Positions 34,609 to 43,789 of a DNA stretch of 64,000 bases are shown here, piece after piece (the stretch's first letter is position 1; each line of letters begins with the position of its first letter). A program made the translations under genes and the position numbers. This DNA comes from an uncultured Oscillospiraceae bacterium (lineage in GTDB: Bacteria > Bacillota > Clostridia > Oscillospirales > CAG-382), in the NCBI GenBank assembly GCA_964509125.1, contig CAZDVZ010000004.1, positions 1,691-65,690 of the forward strand, in the 5' to 3' direction. The notes under the pieces are model-generated. The model was not told where the DNA came from. It saw only the letters and a list, made by a program, of their open reading frames with translations, and ran no database searches.

Positions 34609-35953
34609 ACACACACCAAAATTAGACCCGGGCTTTATGCCATTATCCATTCTTTTTAAAGACGCAAAAACCGGCCCTTCAAAAGAAGTCGTTATTGCCC
34701 TTGAAAGAAATCGAGGACTTATATCCGTATTTAAAGCAAATATTCCCGAAGGCGATTTTGAAACACGTTACTTTCTTTGCGAGAGACTTGTTAAAACACT
34801 TCTTTGGCTCAAAGGAGGCTTTAAAATCTATTTTGCCGGAGACGATGAAGTTGGAAATGCAATAAAGGCTGAATATTCTATCGGCGGCAAAAGAGACTTT
34901 GACAATAAATTCATGGCGGACATTTATCGTTCGGAATTTGAAGTTATTGTTTGCTCAAAAGAAGAAATTCCCGCAGAAAACGAAGCTCCTTCTTCTGTTG
35001 GAAGGAATCTGGACGGATGCCGTATTGGATTTGACGCCGGCGGAAGCGATAGAAAAGTCAGTGCAGTAATCGACGGAAAAGCCGTATATTCCGAAGAAGT
35101 TGTTTGGTTTCCAAAACTTAATTCAGATCCCAAATATCATTATGAAGGAATTTTAGAAGCATTTAAAACAGCTGCTTCAAAAATGCCGAGAGTTGATGCT
35201 ATCGGTGTAAGCTCAGCGGGTATTTATATTGACAACCAGATTATGGTTGCGTCTCTTTTCCTTAAAGTTCCAAAAGAAGAATATGATAAACACGTCCTCA
35301 ATATGTACATCGATGTAGCTAAAGAAATTGGTAATGTACCCATTGAAGTAGCCAACGATGGAGATGTTACAGCGCTTGCCGGCGCAATGGAACTTAATGA
35401 CACCAATATTTTGGGCGTTGCCATGGGAACAAGCGAAGCTGCGGGATTTATTGATTCTAAAGGTAATATAACAGGTTGGCTTAACGAGCTTGCGTTTGTA
35501 CCTGTTGATGCTAATAAAGAAGCAATGGTGGATGAATGGTCCGGAGACTATGGCTGCGGAGTTAAATATTTCTCTCAAGACAGCGTAATAAAACTTGCTC
35601 CCGCCGCCGGAATAGATCTTGACGAAAGTCTCTCTCCTGCCGAAAAACTCAAAGTTGTTCAAAAACTCATGGCAGAAGGTGATCAAAGAGCAAAAGATAT
35701 TTTTGAAACCATTGGTATATATTTTGGATACGCTCTCGCTTACTATGCTATGTTCTACGACATTAAGCACGTTTTAATTATGGGACGCGTAACATCGGGC
35801 GAAGGCGGCGTTTTAATTCTTGAGAACGCCAAAAAAGTTTTAAAAGATGAATTCCCCGAACTTTTTGAAAAGATGAATCTTCACATTCCCGATGAAAATT
35901 CAAGAAGAGTTGGCCAGTCTGTAGCGGCGGCAAGTCTTCCTAAAATTAATTAG
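34598..35953 (+). CDS. ASKHA-fold sugar kinase, ROK-like but atypical (N-terminal extra domain, no Zn motif)
   Basis: 451 aa. GFDAGGSDRKV (phosphate-1), NDGDVTALAG, and AMGTSEAAG resemble ROK/glucokinase motifs. The CxCGxxGC zinc motif is absent. The first ~140 aa are unassigned. Overlaps nagA by 11 nt. Confidence 0.55.
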   Translation: MKLKHTPKLDPGFMPLSILFKDAKTGPSKEVVIALERNRGLISVFKANIPEGDFETRYFLCERLVKTLLWLKGGFKIYFAGDDEVGNAIKAEYSIGGKRDFDNKFMADIYRSEFEVIVCSKEEIPAENEAPSSVGRNLDGCRIGFDAGGSDRKVSAVIDGKAVYSEEVVWFPKLNSDPKYHYEGILEAFKTAASKMPRVDAIGVSSAGIYIDNQIMVASLFLKVPKEEYDKHVLNMYIDVAKEIGNVPIEVANDGDVTALAGAMELNDTNILGVAMGTSEAAGFIDSKGNITGWLNELAFVPVDANKEAMVDEWSGDYGCGVKYFSQDSVIKLAPAAGIDLDESLSPAEKLKVVQKLMAEGDQRAKDIFETIGIYFGYALAYYAMFYDIKHVLIMGRVTSGEGGVLILENAKKVLKDEFPELFEKMNLHIPDENSRRVGQSVAAASLPKIN

Positions 35954-35956
35954 GCC

Positions 35957-36898
35957 ATGGAAAGTTTTCCCGGTGTTATAGCTATTACAGGTCCTACGGC
36001 TTCGGGAAAAAGCAGTGTTGCAATGGAATTGGCGCAAAAGCTTGGCGGCGAGATCATATCCGGCGATAGTATGCAAATATACAAGGGCATGGATATTGGA
36101 ACCGCCAAGCCTACCGCCAAAGATATGAAAAGTGTAAGACATCACTTAATTGATGAACTTGACATTTTTCAAATTTTTTCCGTCAATGAATATTGCTCGT
36201 CTGCTCACAAAGCCGTTACCGATGTGTTAAACAGAAATAAGCTGCCCATAATATGCGGCGGAACAGGTCAATACATTCAATGGTTTTTAGAAGGAATAAG
36301 GCTTACGGATGTCCCAAGCGATTTTGAATTAAGAAATGCTTTGGAAAAAGAATACGATTCGAAAGGCGCATTAACATTCCACGAAAAATTAAAGAGTTTT
36401 GACCCAATATCTGCAGAGATAATTCATCCTAACAACAAAAAAAGAGTTATCCGTGCAGTAGAGATATACATTCTCACAGGAAAAACCAAAACCTTTTGGG
36501 ATGCCGAATCTTTAAAAACGTCTCCCCCATTTCCATATGAGATTTTTTCTTTAGAGCATGAAAGAGATGTTCTTTACGAAAGAATAAACAAAAGAGTCGT
36601 TGAAATGAAATTAAGCGGTCTTACGCAAGAAGTTGAACGATTGTGGGAACTTGGTTTGGAACAAACACCAACAGCATCTCAAGCTATTGGCTATAAAGAA
36701 TTTTTTCCGTTTTTTAAAGGGGAAATTACAGAGAGCGAAGCTTATGAATTGATTTCAAAAGGAACAAGGAATTACGCAAAGCGACAAATTACTTTCTTAA
36801 AAAGGATATCAAACCGACAATCAATTTCCGTTGAGTCACAAAAACAGGTTTTAAAAGAGATAATAAATAGGTCGAATGTTATAAAAACGTATGTTTAA
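35957..36898 (+). CDS. miaA: tRNA dimethylallyltransferase
   Basis: 313 aa. P-loop GPTASGKS, SMQIYKGMDIGTAKP, and HHLID. Confidence 0.9.
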   Translation: MESFPGVIAITGPTASGKSSVAMELAQKLGGEIISGDSMQIYKGMDIGTAKPTAKDMKSVRHHLIDELDIFQIFSVNEYCSSAHKAVTDVLNRNKLPIICGGTGQYIQWFLEGIRLTDVPSDFELRNALEKEYDSKGALTFHEKLKSFDPISAEIIHPNNKKRVIRAVEIYILTGKTKTFWDAESLKTSPPFPYEIFSLEHERDVLYERINKRVVEMKLSGLTQEVERLWELGLEQTPTASQAIGYKEFFPFFKGEITESEAYELISKGTRNYAKRQITFLKRISNRQSISVESQKQVLKEIINRSNVIKTYV

Positions 36899-38156
36899 AA
36901 ATATTATGTTTCAAATTACAGGTACATTATTAGCTATCGCTGTGCTTGCGTATCTTGTAATTCACACCATGACAAGCTTTGAAAACGAGCTTGAAGTTAA
37001 AAATTCATATTATACAACCATGGATCTGACTTATGATGCAGAAGCGTATATATTTCGTGATGAAACTGTGTTATCCACGAAAAATAGCGGTGACGTAATT
37101 TATAACATTGAAAATGGCAAAAAAGTGAGTTCGCACCAAAAAGTTGCTTCAGTCTTTTCAGATTCCCAATCAGCGGATGCGCAAAATAAAATCCAAGCTC
37201 TTGAAAAAGAAATAGACTATCTTGAAAAAGTTATTAATAATGCCACTTTTTCCACCCCGACAGTTACATCCCTTGATAAAAATATCAACGAAAGAATAAA
37301 ATCGGTTTCCGCATTTTCAAATTTGGGAGATTTAAAAAATGCATTAAAAGTTACCGAAGAAAGCATTTATGATCTGGAATTGAAATATTGTATTCTAAAA
37401 GGCACGGTTGCACACCAAAATCTTATAGAACAGTACAAAAATGAGATCAACTCCCTAACTCAAAATATTTCTTCCTCCGTGTCACCTGTTTATTCCACAA
37501 AATCCGGGTATTTTTATAACGAGGCTGATGGATTTGAAGATGTTTTCACATTAGATGCGGTTGAAAGTTTGACAGCCGAATCCTTTGAGGAACTAAAAAA
37601 TTGCTCACCTTCAATAGCTCCCAATGCAGGAAAAATTGCCGAAAGCTCAAAATGGTATATTGCATTTGAGTTAGATTCTCAATCTTCTCTTCAGATTTCA
37701 GTTGGGAAAAAATACCCTGTGGCTTTTTCCGCTTCGGGCATCTCCATCAACATGAAAGCCGAAAGAAAAATTGATGGTGCTGATGACTCAACAAAAATAA
37801 TTGTTTTATCAACAAATACAGTAAATGAAAACTTCAATTTTTCAAGAAAACAAATTGCAAGTATAACCGTCGCCACATATTCAGGCATTGCTTTTCCCGC
37901 CAAAGCGGTTCATACAGACTATGATTCAACCGGCGCAAGCAAGGCCGGCGTTTATGTTTTGGATGAGACAATAGTGAAATTTAAAACATTTACTAAACTT
38001 ATAGAAAAAAACGGCTTTATTCTTTGTGCTGTTCCCGACAGTACAAATATTTCTGCAATAAGTGAAGAAAAGGTTTCGCTTTACGATACGATTATCGTAG
38101 AGGGAACAAACCTATACAATAATAAAGTAATCAAAAGTGTTCTAAAAACCAATTAG
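36891..38156 (+). CDS. Membrane-anchored coiled-coil/beta-barrel protein (HlyD/membrane-fusion-like), function unknown
   Basis: 421 aa. One N-terminal TM helix, a central coiled-coil (QNKIQALEKEIDYLEKV...), and a beta-rich C-terminus. Overlaps miaA by 8 nt and precedes yggS-sepF. Confidence 0.45.
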   Translation: MFKNIMFQITGTLLAIAVLAYLVIHTMTSFENELEVKNSYYTTMDLTYDAEAYIFRDETVLSTKNSGDVIYNIENGKKVSSHQKVASVFSDSQSADAQNKIQALEKEIDYLEKVINNATFSTPTVTSLDKNINERIKSVSAFSNLGDLKNALKVTEESIYDLELKYCILKGTVAHQNLIEQYKNEINSLTQNISSSVSPVYSTKSGYFYNEADGFEDVFTLDAVESLTAESFEELKNCSPSIAPNAGKIAESSKWYIAFELDSQSSLQISVGKKYPVAFSASGISINMKAERKIDGADDSTKIIVLSTNTVNENFNFSRKQIASITVATYSGIAFPAKAVHTDYDSTGASKAGVYVLDETIVKFKTFTKLIEKNGFILCAVPDSTNISAISEEKVSLYDTIIVEGTNLYNNKVIKSVLKTN

Positions 38157-38166
38157 AGGAAATAAA

Positions 38167-38847
38167 GTGGATAAGTTTCAATTGATAAAAGAAAATATAG
38201 AGTTTATAAAAAAAACAACAGATGGACATGCTACATTACTTCTTGCGACTAAATGCGTTGATGCAGAAAGAATTAATTATGCCATATCTTGCGGGATAAC
38301 CCACATAGGTGAAAACAAAGTTAACGAGCTTTTGGAAAAATATGACAAAATAAACAAAGAAAATGTTCAAATTCACTTTATCGGACATTTGCAAAGAAAT
38401 AAAGTAAAATATATTGTAGATAAAGTTGATATGATACAATCTGTAGACAGTGTAAAGCTTGCAGAAGAAATTGAACGTCAGTGTTCAAAAAGGGATATTA
38501 TAATGCCCGTACTTGTTGAGATCAACATAGGCAATGAGGATTCAAAATCCGGAATACGCCCCGAAGAAACGGAAAATTTTCTTGTCTCGATTTCTAAGTA
38601 CAGGCATTTACAAGTAAAAGGGCTTATGGCCGTCCCTCCCGCAACATCTAATAGCAAAATTATTATAGAAAATTTTAAAAAAATGTTTAAAATATACCTT
38701 GACATTAAGGAAAAAATGTTAGATAATATAAATATGGACATATTGTCTATAGGTATGTCCTCAGATTATAAAGAGGCCGTAATGTGTGGGTCAAATATGG
38801 TACGCATCGGGTCTCTTGTGTTTGGAAACAGAAACTATAATTTATAA
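38167..38847 (+). CDS. YggS-family pyridoxal-phosphate homeostasis protein (YlmE)
   Basis: 226 aa with a GTG start. LLATKCV (PLP lysine region), HFIGHLQRNKVK, and LSIGMSSDY. Confidence 0.9.
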   Translation: MDKFQLIKENIEFIKKTTDGHATLLLATKCVDAERINYAISCGITHIGENKVNELLEKYDKINKENVQIHFIGHLQRNKVKYIVDKVDMIQSVDSVKLAEEIERQCSKRDIIMPVLVEINIGNEDSKSGIRPEETENFLVSISKYRHLQVKGLMAVPPATSNSKIIIENFKKMFKIYLDIKEKMLDNINMDILSIGMSSDYKEAVMCGSNMVRIGSLVFGNRNYNL

Positions 38848-38871
38848 TTTAAAATTTCGGAGGAAAACAAA

Positions 38872-39363
38872 ATGGCAGAAGAAAAAAAGAGTTTTTTTAA
38901 CAAAGTAGCAGGTTGGTTTGCGCCCGATGAAGATGATATTGAAGTTGATGGCGATTACGAGGAAGTTGACGAAGACGAAGAGGTAGTAAAACCCGAAAAA
39001 CCTATGGTAAAATCCGTAAAGAAAGAAATGAGACAGACACGCCCCGAAGATGTTAAGGCATTAAATATCAAAATAATTAAACCCGGTGATGACAAAAGTG
39101 CCGTAACAACCATTTTAGACAACCTAAAAAGCGGCAAAGTTGTCGTTGTTAACTTTGAGGAAACAAGACATGATATTCGCGCAAGCTTTTCAGACGCTTT
39201 CTTTGGTGCTACATATGTTTTGAATGCAAATTATTCTAAGCTTTCTGAAAGCGCATATGTTCTTGCCCCCAACAATGTTTCTGTTTCCCCGCTTATTGCT
39301 GAAATGGCTGATAATGGATCAGAAAAGACAAGCAACAATAAAACATATTTTGGTAACTTCTAA
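38872..39363 (+). CDS. sepF: Cell division protein SepF
   Basis: 163 aa. Acidic linker and a C-terminal SepF core (IKIIKPGDDKSAVTTILDNLKSGKVVVVNF...). Conserved yggS-sepF-yggT-divIVA order. Confidence 0.85.
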   Translation: MAEEKKSFFNKVAGWFAPDEDDIEVDGDYEEVDEDEEVVKPEKPMVKSVKKEMRQTRPEDVKALNIKIIKPGDDKSAVTTILDNLKSGKVVVVNFEETRHDIRASFSDAFFGATYVLNANYSKLSESAYVLAPNNVSVSPLIAEMADNGSEKTSNNKTYFGNF

Positions 39364-39416
39364 TTTTTTTTGTTTATTGTGACGACCCAACATTACGGAG
39401 ATTTAATTCTATTTTT

Positions 39417-39683
39417 ATGAAAAATATTTTATTTTTACTTTCAAAAACGGTTTCTTTATACTTGTCAGTGTTGCTTTTTCTTTTGATGATAAGGATGTTT
39501 ATGTCTCTTTTTGTCAATGAAAGCAACTCTAAACCTGTATTGTTCGTTTATAGCGCAACAGAACCCGTTATATTTCCTGTAAGAAACTTTTTAATGCATT
39601 TTGAGTTTTTTCAATCTATTCCGGTAGATTTTTCTGTTACAATCACAGTTTTTATCCTGTGGTTTGTAACAATGTTCATATAG
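39417..39683 (+). CDS. YggT family membrane protein
   Basis: 88 aa with two TM helices and an EPVIFPVRN motif. Conserved position after sepF. Confidence 0.8.
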   Translation: MKNILFLLSKTVSLYLSVLLFLLMIRMFMSLFVNESNSKPVLFVYSATEPVIFPVRNFLMHFEFFQSIPVDFSVTITVFILWFVTMFI

Positions 39684-39712
39684 TTTAGATTTATTTTACT
39701 ACGAGGTAGTTT

Positions 39713-40384
39713 ATGTTAGCACCGCATGAATTAAATAAAACTTTTCAAAAGTCCGTAATGGGATACAACGCATCTGAAGTTGACGCACATATTTCATTCA
39801 TAATTGAAAAGTACACCGAAGTATACAACGCCAACAACGAGCTTGAACAAAAATTACAAACGGTTTTAGCAAAGCTTGAAGAGCTTAAGGCCGAGGAAGG
39901 TTCCATAAGATCAACACTTGTAAAGTCTCAAAATATAGGCGAGAAAATTATCAGAGATGCAAAAGAAAGAGCGGATGTAATTCAAAGTTCCATTGAAGAT
40001 GAATGTAACGAGATCATTGCCAGGTTCAGAAGTCAACTCAACGCTGAAAAAAATGAGCTACTAAATATGAGAGCTTCAATTTTGGAATTTAGAAAAGAAA
40101 TTTTCGGAATGTATAAGGCACATATTTACGAATTGCAAAATCTTCCAATCGGTGAATTGGAAGAACTTGTTTTGCCTGAAAATTCTGCAATAATAAATTC
40201 TGTATACCAAAGTTCCGCAGAAAAGATCAAAGAATATGATGAAAAAAAGAACAGCCCTGAAACCTTGAAAGATGAAAATCTATCTCAGGTAAAATTATCA
40301 AATGAAGGGTCTGAAGAAGACATTCTTTCCGTCCTCAATTTGGCACCGAAGTCTGATAAAAAGATTAAAAAAGGAAAGAACTGA
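39713..40384 (+). CDS. divIVA: DivIVA-domain protein
   Basis: 223 aa. N-terminal DivIVA motif (L.P.ELNKTFQKSVMGYNASEVDAHI) followed by a long coiled-coil. Confidence 0.8.
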   Translation: MLAPHELNKTFQKSVMGYNASEVDAHISFIIEKYTEVYNANNELEQKLQTVLAKLEELKAEEGSIRSTLVKSQNIGEKIIRDAKERADVIQSSIEDECNEIIARFRSQLNAEKNELLNMRASILEFRKEIFGMYKAHIYELQNLPIGELEELVLPENSAIINSVYQSSAEKIKEYDEKKNSPETLKDENLSQVKLSNEGSEEDILSVLNLAPKSDKKIKKGKN

Positions 40385-40989
40385 TGATACTGTCAACTGT
40401 AGTAATTTTTTTATCTGTTTTTCTTGACCAAGCAACAAAAATTTTGGCAAAAGCGAATTTGGAAAACCAAACGCAAGTCAACATTATTCCGAAAGTTTTA
40501 GGATTTGCATATGTAGAAAACAAAGGCGCAGCTTTCGGAATTTTTCAAGATCACAGATGGGTCTTTATGTTGTTTTCAACATTTGCCATTGGAATAATGA
40601 TATTCCTCCTCTTCAGAATAAAAAATAAACATCCTCTTTTTACGCTTTCTATTTCCATGCTTATTGGTGGCGGAATAGGAAATATGATTGACAGAATAAT
40701 AAGAGGATATGTTGTCGATTTTATTAAATTCCTTTTCGTAAAATTTGCAGTTTTTAATGTCGCGGACTGCTTTGTAACAGTCGGTGCGGTATTGTTGTGC
40801 ATTTATTTATTGTTTGTCTATGATGAGAAAGCGGGCATAGGCGTTAAAAACACCGGATCCAAAATCGACGAAGCAAGTGTATCACTTTCCGACATAGACC
40901 CCAAAAACAACTCTAAAGAATATTATACGAGTGCAAGCGATGCCGATCACTCAGTCGATACAAATGAAGAATCTAACCACTCCGAATAA
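40384..40989 (+). CDS. lspA: Lipoprotein signal peptidase II with a ~50-aa acidic C-terminal tail
   Basis: 201 aa. ENKGAAFG, IGGGIGNMIDR, and FNVADCF (catalytic Asp motifs). Confidence 0.85.
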   Translation: MILSTVVIFLSVFLDQATKILAKANLENQTQVNIIPKVLGFAYVENKGAAFGIFQDHRWVFMLFSTFAIGIMIFLLFRIKNKHPLFTLSISMLIGGGIGNMIDRIIRGYVVDFIKFLFVKFAVFNVADCFVTVGAVLLCIYLLFVYDEKAGIGVKNTGSKIDEASVSLSDIDPKNNSKEYYTSASDADHSVDTNEESNHSE

Positions 40990-41950
40990 CTTTAACACTT
41001 CCTATGAAAATGTTGCGCAAGTTGAAGCGGAAGCACTAACATTCACTGCTGATAAATCCGCAGAAGGAATGCGCATCGATGTTTTTCTTTCAGATAAAAT
41101 CGAAAAAACACGTTCCTTTGTACAAAAACTTGCAGAGGACGGTTTTATTACTGTAAAAGGGGTTCCCCAAAAAAAGAATTATAAATTAACCGGCGGTGAC
41201 GAAATTTGTGTTTACTTGCCACTTCCTCAAAAAGCGGAAATACTTCCCGAAGATATTCCCTTGAATATAGTTTATGAAGATGATTGTTTGTTAGTTGTAG
41301 ATAAGCCCAAAGGAATGGTAGTTCATCCTGCACCCGGTAATTCAACCGGAACATTGGTCAACGCTTTGATGCATCACTGCGGTGCATCACTTTCGGGAAT
41401 AAACGGATTTATTCGACCCGGTATAGTTCACAGGATAGACAAAGACACATCCGGACTTTTGATAGTCGCTAAAACCGATGAAGCACATCACTGCTTAGCG
41501 GAGCAAATTTCAGTTCACAGTTTTACGAGAATGTATGAAGCAATTGTTGTCGGCAATTTTAAAGAAGATTCATTTAAGATTGATAAACCTATTGGCAGAC
41601 ATCCCGTAGATAGAAAAAAAATGGCGGTAGTTTACGAAAATTCAAGAAACGCTATTACAAATTTGGAAGTAGTAAAAAGATATGGGGAATATACCCATGT
41701 AAGACTTTTTCTGGAAACAGGAAGGACTCATCAAATTAGGGTACATATGGCTTATTTAGGCCACCCTGTTTTAGGCGACACCACGTACGGAACGAAATCC
41801 AAACGGTTTCCGCATTTAATAGGGCAATGTCTGTTTGCAAAGTATATTTCATTCAAGCATCCTATCACCAATGAAACTTTATCTTTTACGGCGGATCTTC
41901 CCGATTATTTTGTCAAAATACTTAACAACCTTGACAATTCTTACAATTAA
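40931..41950 (+). CDS. rluD: RluA-family 23S rRNA pseudouridine synthase (RluD-like)
   Basis: The start is ambiguous (ATG 40931 or 40967, both overlapping the lspA 3' end). S4 domain (RIDVFLS), catalytic HRIDKDTSGLL, and GRTHQIRVH. Confidence 0.85.
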   Translation: MQAMPITQSIQMKNLTTPNNFNTSYENVAQVEAEALTFTADKSAEGMRIDVFLSDKIEKTRSFVQKLAEDGFITVKGVPQKKNYKLTGGDEICVYLPLPQKAEILPEDIPLNIVYEDDCLLVVDKPKGMVVHPAPGNSTGTLVNALMHHCGASLSGINGFIRPGIVHRIDKDTSGLLIVAKTDEAHHCLAEQISVHSFTRMYEAIVVGNFKEDSFKIDKPIGRHPVDRKKMAVVYENSRNAITNLEVVKRYGEYTHVRLFLETGRTHQIRVHMAYLGHPVLGDTTYGTKSKRFPHLIGQCLFAKYISFKHPITNETLSFTADLPDYFVKILNNLDNSYN

Positions 41951-41983
41951 GCCAATTATGCGGCACGAAAGGACACGCACCAT

Positions 41984-42823
41984 ATGACAAATAAAACCTT
42001 ATGGGAACTCAAAAAAAATGCATTAAAAGCAAGATTGCTTACTCTTGAGGGCATTTATAATGCCGAATCAGGACATCCGGGAGGTTCTCTTTCCTCTGTG
42101 GAAATTTTAACATATCTTTATTTTCAAAAATTGAATGTTGATCCCAAAAATCCACAAAAGGAAAATAGAGATAGGTTTGTTCTCTCAAAAGGACACGCCT
42201 GCCCCGCCCTATACTCTACTCTCGCACTTAAAGGTTTTTTTTCTACCGAAGAGCTTAAAGATTTAAGAAAGCTTGGTTCAATGCTCCAAGGTCATCCATG
42301 CATGAATAGCATACCCGGCATTGATATGTCAACCGGTTCTTTGGGTCAAGGACTTTCAGCCGCTTGTGGGATTGCTTTGCGTGAAAAGCGCGAAAAACTC
42401 GGATTTAGAACATATTCTGTCATAGGCGATGGTGAATCTCAAGAAGGCCAAATTTGGGAAGCGGCAATGTTTGCGTCCCACTACAAACTTTCCAAACTTA
42501 CTGTTTTTATCGACTCAAATAAACTTCAAATTGACGGAGAAGTAAAAAAAGTTATGAATCCCGGCTCATTTGAAGATAAGTTTAAATCTTTCGGATGGCA
42601 TGTTCAAACAATAAACGGTCACTCTTTTAAAGAAATTGAAAAAGCTGTGGAAGAATCAGAAAAATCAAAACTTCCTTCTGCGATAATATGCAAGACCGTA
42701 AAAGGAAAAGGTGTTTCTTTTATGGAAAATCAAGCTTCTTGGCACGGCAAAGCACCCAAAAAAGAAGAATATGAAATTGCTGTACAAGAACTAAAAAAAG
42801 AACTTGAAAAATTTTCTGATTGA
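41984..42823 (+). CDS. Transketolase, N-terminal subunit (split form)
   Basis: 279 aa. ThDP-binding SGHPGGSLS and GDGESQEGQIWEA. Confidence 0.9.
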   Translation: MTNKTLWELKKNALKARLLTLEGIYNAESGHPGGSLSSVEILTYLYFQKLNVDPKNPQKENRDRFVLSKGHACPALYSTLALKGFFSTEELKDLRKLGSMLQGHPCMNSIPGIDMSTGSLGQGLSAACGIALREKREKLGFRTYSVIGDGESQEGQIWEAAMFASHYKLSKLTVFIDSNKLQIDGEVKKVMNPGSFEDKFKSFGWHVQTINGHSFKEIEKAVEESEKSKLPSAIICKTVKGKGVSFMENQASWHGKAPKKEEYEIAVQELKKELEKFSD

Positions 42824-42844
42824 GGATGAAAGGAAAAATACAAC

Positions 42845-43771
42845 ATGGAAAAAATTGCAACAAGAGTTGCCTATGGTAACGCACTTCGTGATCTTGGGCA
42901 AAAATACAATTTTTATGTAATGGACGCCGATCTTTCTTCATCCACACAAACTGCCACATTTGCCAAAAGTTTTCCGGACAGATTTATAAACTGTGGAATC
43001 GCTGAAGGAAATATGGCTTCGGTTGCTGCCGGTATTGCATCTACAGGGGTTCCTGTGTTTTTTTCCTCTTTTGCCATGTTTGCCACCGGAAGAGCTTTCG
43101 AACAAATTAGAAACTCCGTGGCATATCCAAAACTTAATGTAAAAATTTGCGCTTCTCACGCGGGGCTTTCAGTTGGCGAAGACGGAGCTACTCACCAATG
43201 TATAGAAGACATCTCTTTGATGCGTTCAATTCCCGGAATGACTGTTATTGTTCCCGCAGACGCTACAGAAGCATATGCTGCTGTTGAAGCTATTTTAAAT
43301 TACGACGGTCCTGTATATCTTCGTCTCGCAAGACTTGCAACACCTGTATTTTTTGATAAGTCCAATTATAAATTTGAAATGGGCAAAGCCGTTACACTTA
43401 GAGAAGGAAAAGATACGACGATTTTTGCCACAGGAATGATGGTTGCGGAAAGCGTTGCGGCTGCAGAAATATTAAAAGCAAAAGGAATTGATGCATCTGT
43501 TATCAATATTCACACCATAAAACCTATTGACAAAGAAGCTATTGTTAAGTATTCATCCGAAAAGAAACGTATTTTTACTGTTGAAGAACATTCTGTTATA
43601 GGCGGGCTTGGAGACGCTGTTTCGGAAGTTATCACATCTGAATGTCCTTGCTTCTTAACCAAAATAGGAATTAACGATGTGTTTGGAGAGAGCGGAAAAG
43701 CAAGTGCGGTTTTAGAAAAACACGGTCTTACTGCAAATGCAATAGCAGATAAAATTATTGCTTCGTTATAA
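42845..43771 (+). CDS. Transketolase, C-terminal subunit (split form)
   Basis: 308 aa. Pyrimidine-binding domain (FINCGIAEGNM, EDGATHQ) and the C-terminal transketolase domain. Confidence 0.9.
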   Translation: MEKIATRVAYGNALRDLGQKYNFYVMDADLSSSTQTATFAKSFPDRFINCGIAEGNMASVAAGIASTGVPVFFSSFAMFATGRAFEQIRNSVAYPKLNVKICASHAGLSVGEDGATHQCIEDISLMRSIPGMTVIVPADATEAYAAVEAILNYDGPVYLRLARLATPVFFDKSNYKFEMGKAVTLREGKDTTIFATGMMVAESVAAAEILKAKGIDASVINIHTIKPIDKEAIVKYSSEKKRIFTVEEHSVIGGLGDAVSEVITSECPCFLTKIGINDVFGESGKASAVLEKHGLTANAIADKIIASL

Positions 43772-43789
43772 AATCCAAAGAGGAAATTT

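Noticed and set aside
35213-35770. 185-aa minus-strand ORF inside the ROK-like kinase gene. The same applies to 60917..61495 inside deoB, 1417..1956 inside the carboxypeptidase gene, and 32346..32849 across mutS2/tcdA.
   Set aside because: All are antisense to genes with strong family motifs, have low-complexity or odd composition, and lack ribosome-binding sites. These are typical long antisense frames.
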